Below, in pieces: positions 63,863-64,000 of a DNA stretch of 64,000 bases. The translations under genes and the position numbers were made by a program. Each line of letters opens with the position of its first letter. The first letter of the stretch is position 1. Origin of the DNA: Squalus acanthias (lineage: Eukaryota); NCBI GenBank assembly GCA_030390025.1, contig CM059433.1, forward strand, positions 14,448,001 through 14,512,000, given 5' to 3'. The notes beneath the pieces are model-generated. The model did not search any database. It was not told the DNA's origin and worked only from the letters and a program-made list of their open reading frames with translations.

Positions 63863-64000
63863 CTGTTGCATAGGGAGAAGAAAAGAGAATTATTCTGTTC
63901 CTTATGTGTAGCAACACCGTAAGTGCATTCAAAAAGAAGTTGTTTCATTAAACACAGTGACCGTGGTGACTCCTTTAACACATGGGAGATCACAGGCACA

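Overview
Eukaryotic, repeat-dominated vertebrate DNA, most likely a cartilaginous fish (shark-type CR1 LINEs and Deu-domain tRNA SINEs; inferred from repeat content only). No recognisable complete host gene is present. The window is a nested transposon landscape: (i) two Penelope-like (PLE) families whose pseudo-LTRs carry minimal hammerhead ribozyme (HHR) cores, including a 101-bp HHR-bearing mini-insertion with its own 16-bp TSD; (ii) a formerly autonomous PIF/Harbinger element (about 19088-25407) with an open 3-exon Myb/SANT gene and a dead DDE transposase split by a long solo LTR, which itself holds a MITE; (iii) an inverted duplication of about 2.3 kb (21790-26376 vs 27052-30785) whose arms gained independent insertions, one being an RTE LINE with a clean twin-priming 5' inversion; (iv) many Harbinger MITEs and deletion derivatives with 3-bp TSDs; (v) CR1 LINEs (one near full length with an esterase-type ORF1), a second CR1/L2-group LINE family, and SINEs. 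Several small minus-strand exon candidates suggest an unidentified host transcript, but support is weak. All coordinates were read by eye and may be off by a few bases.
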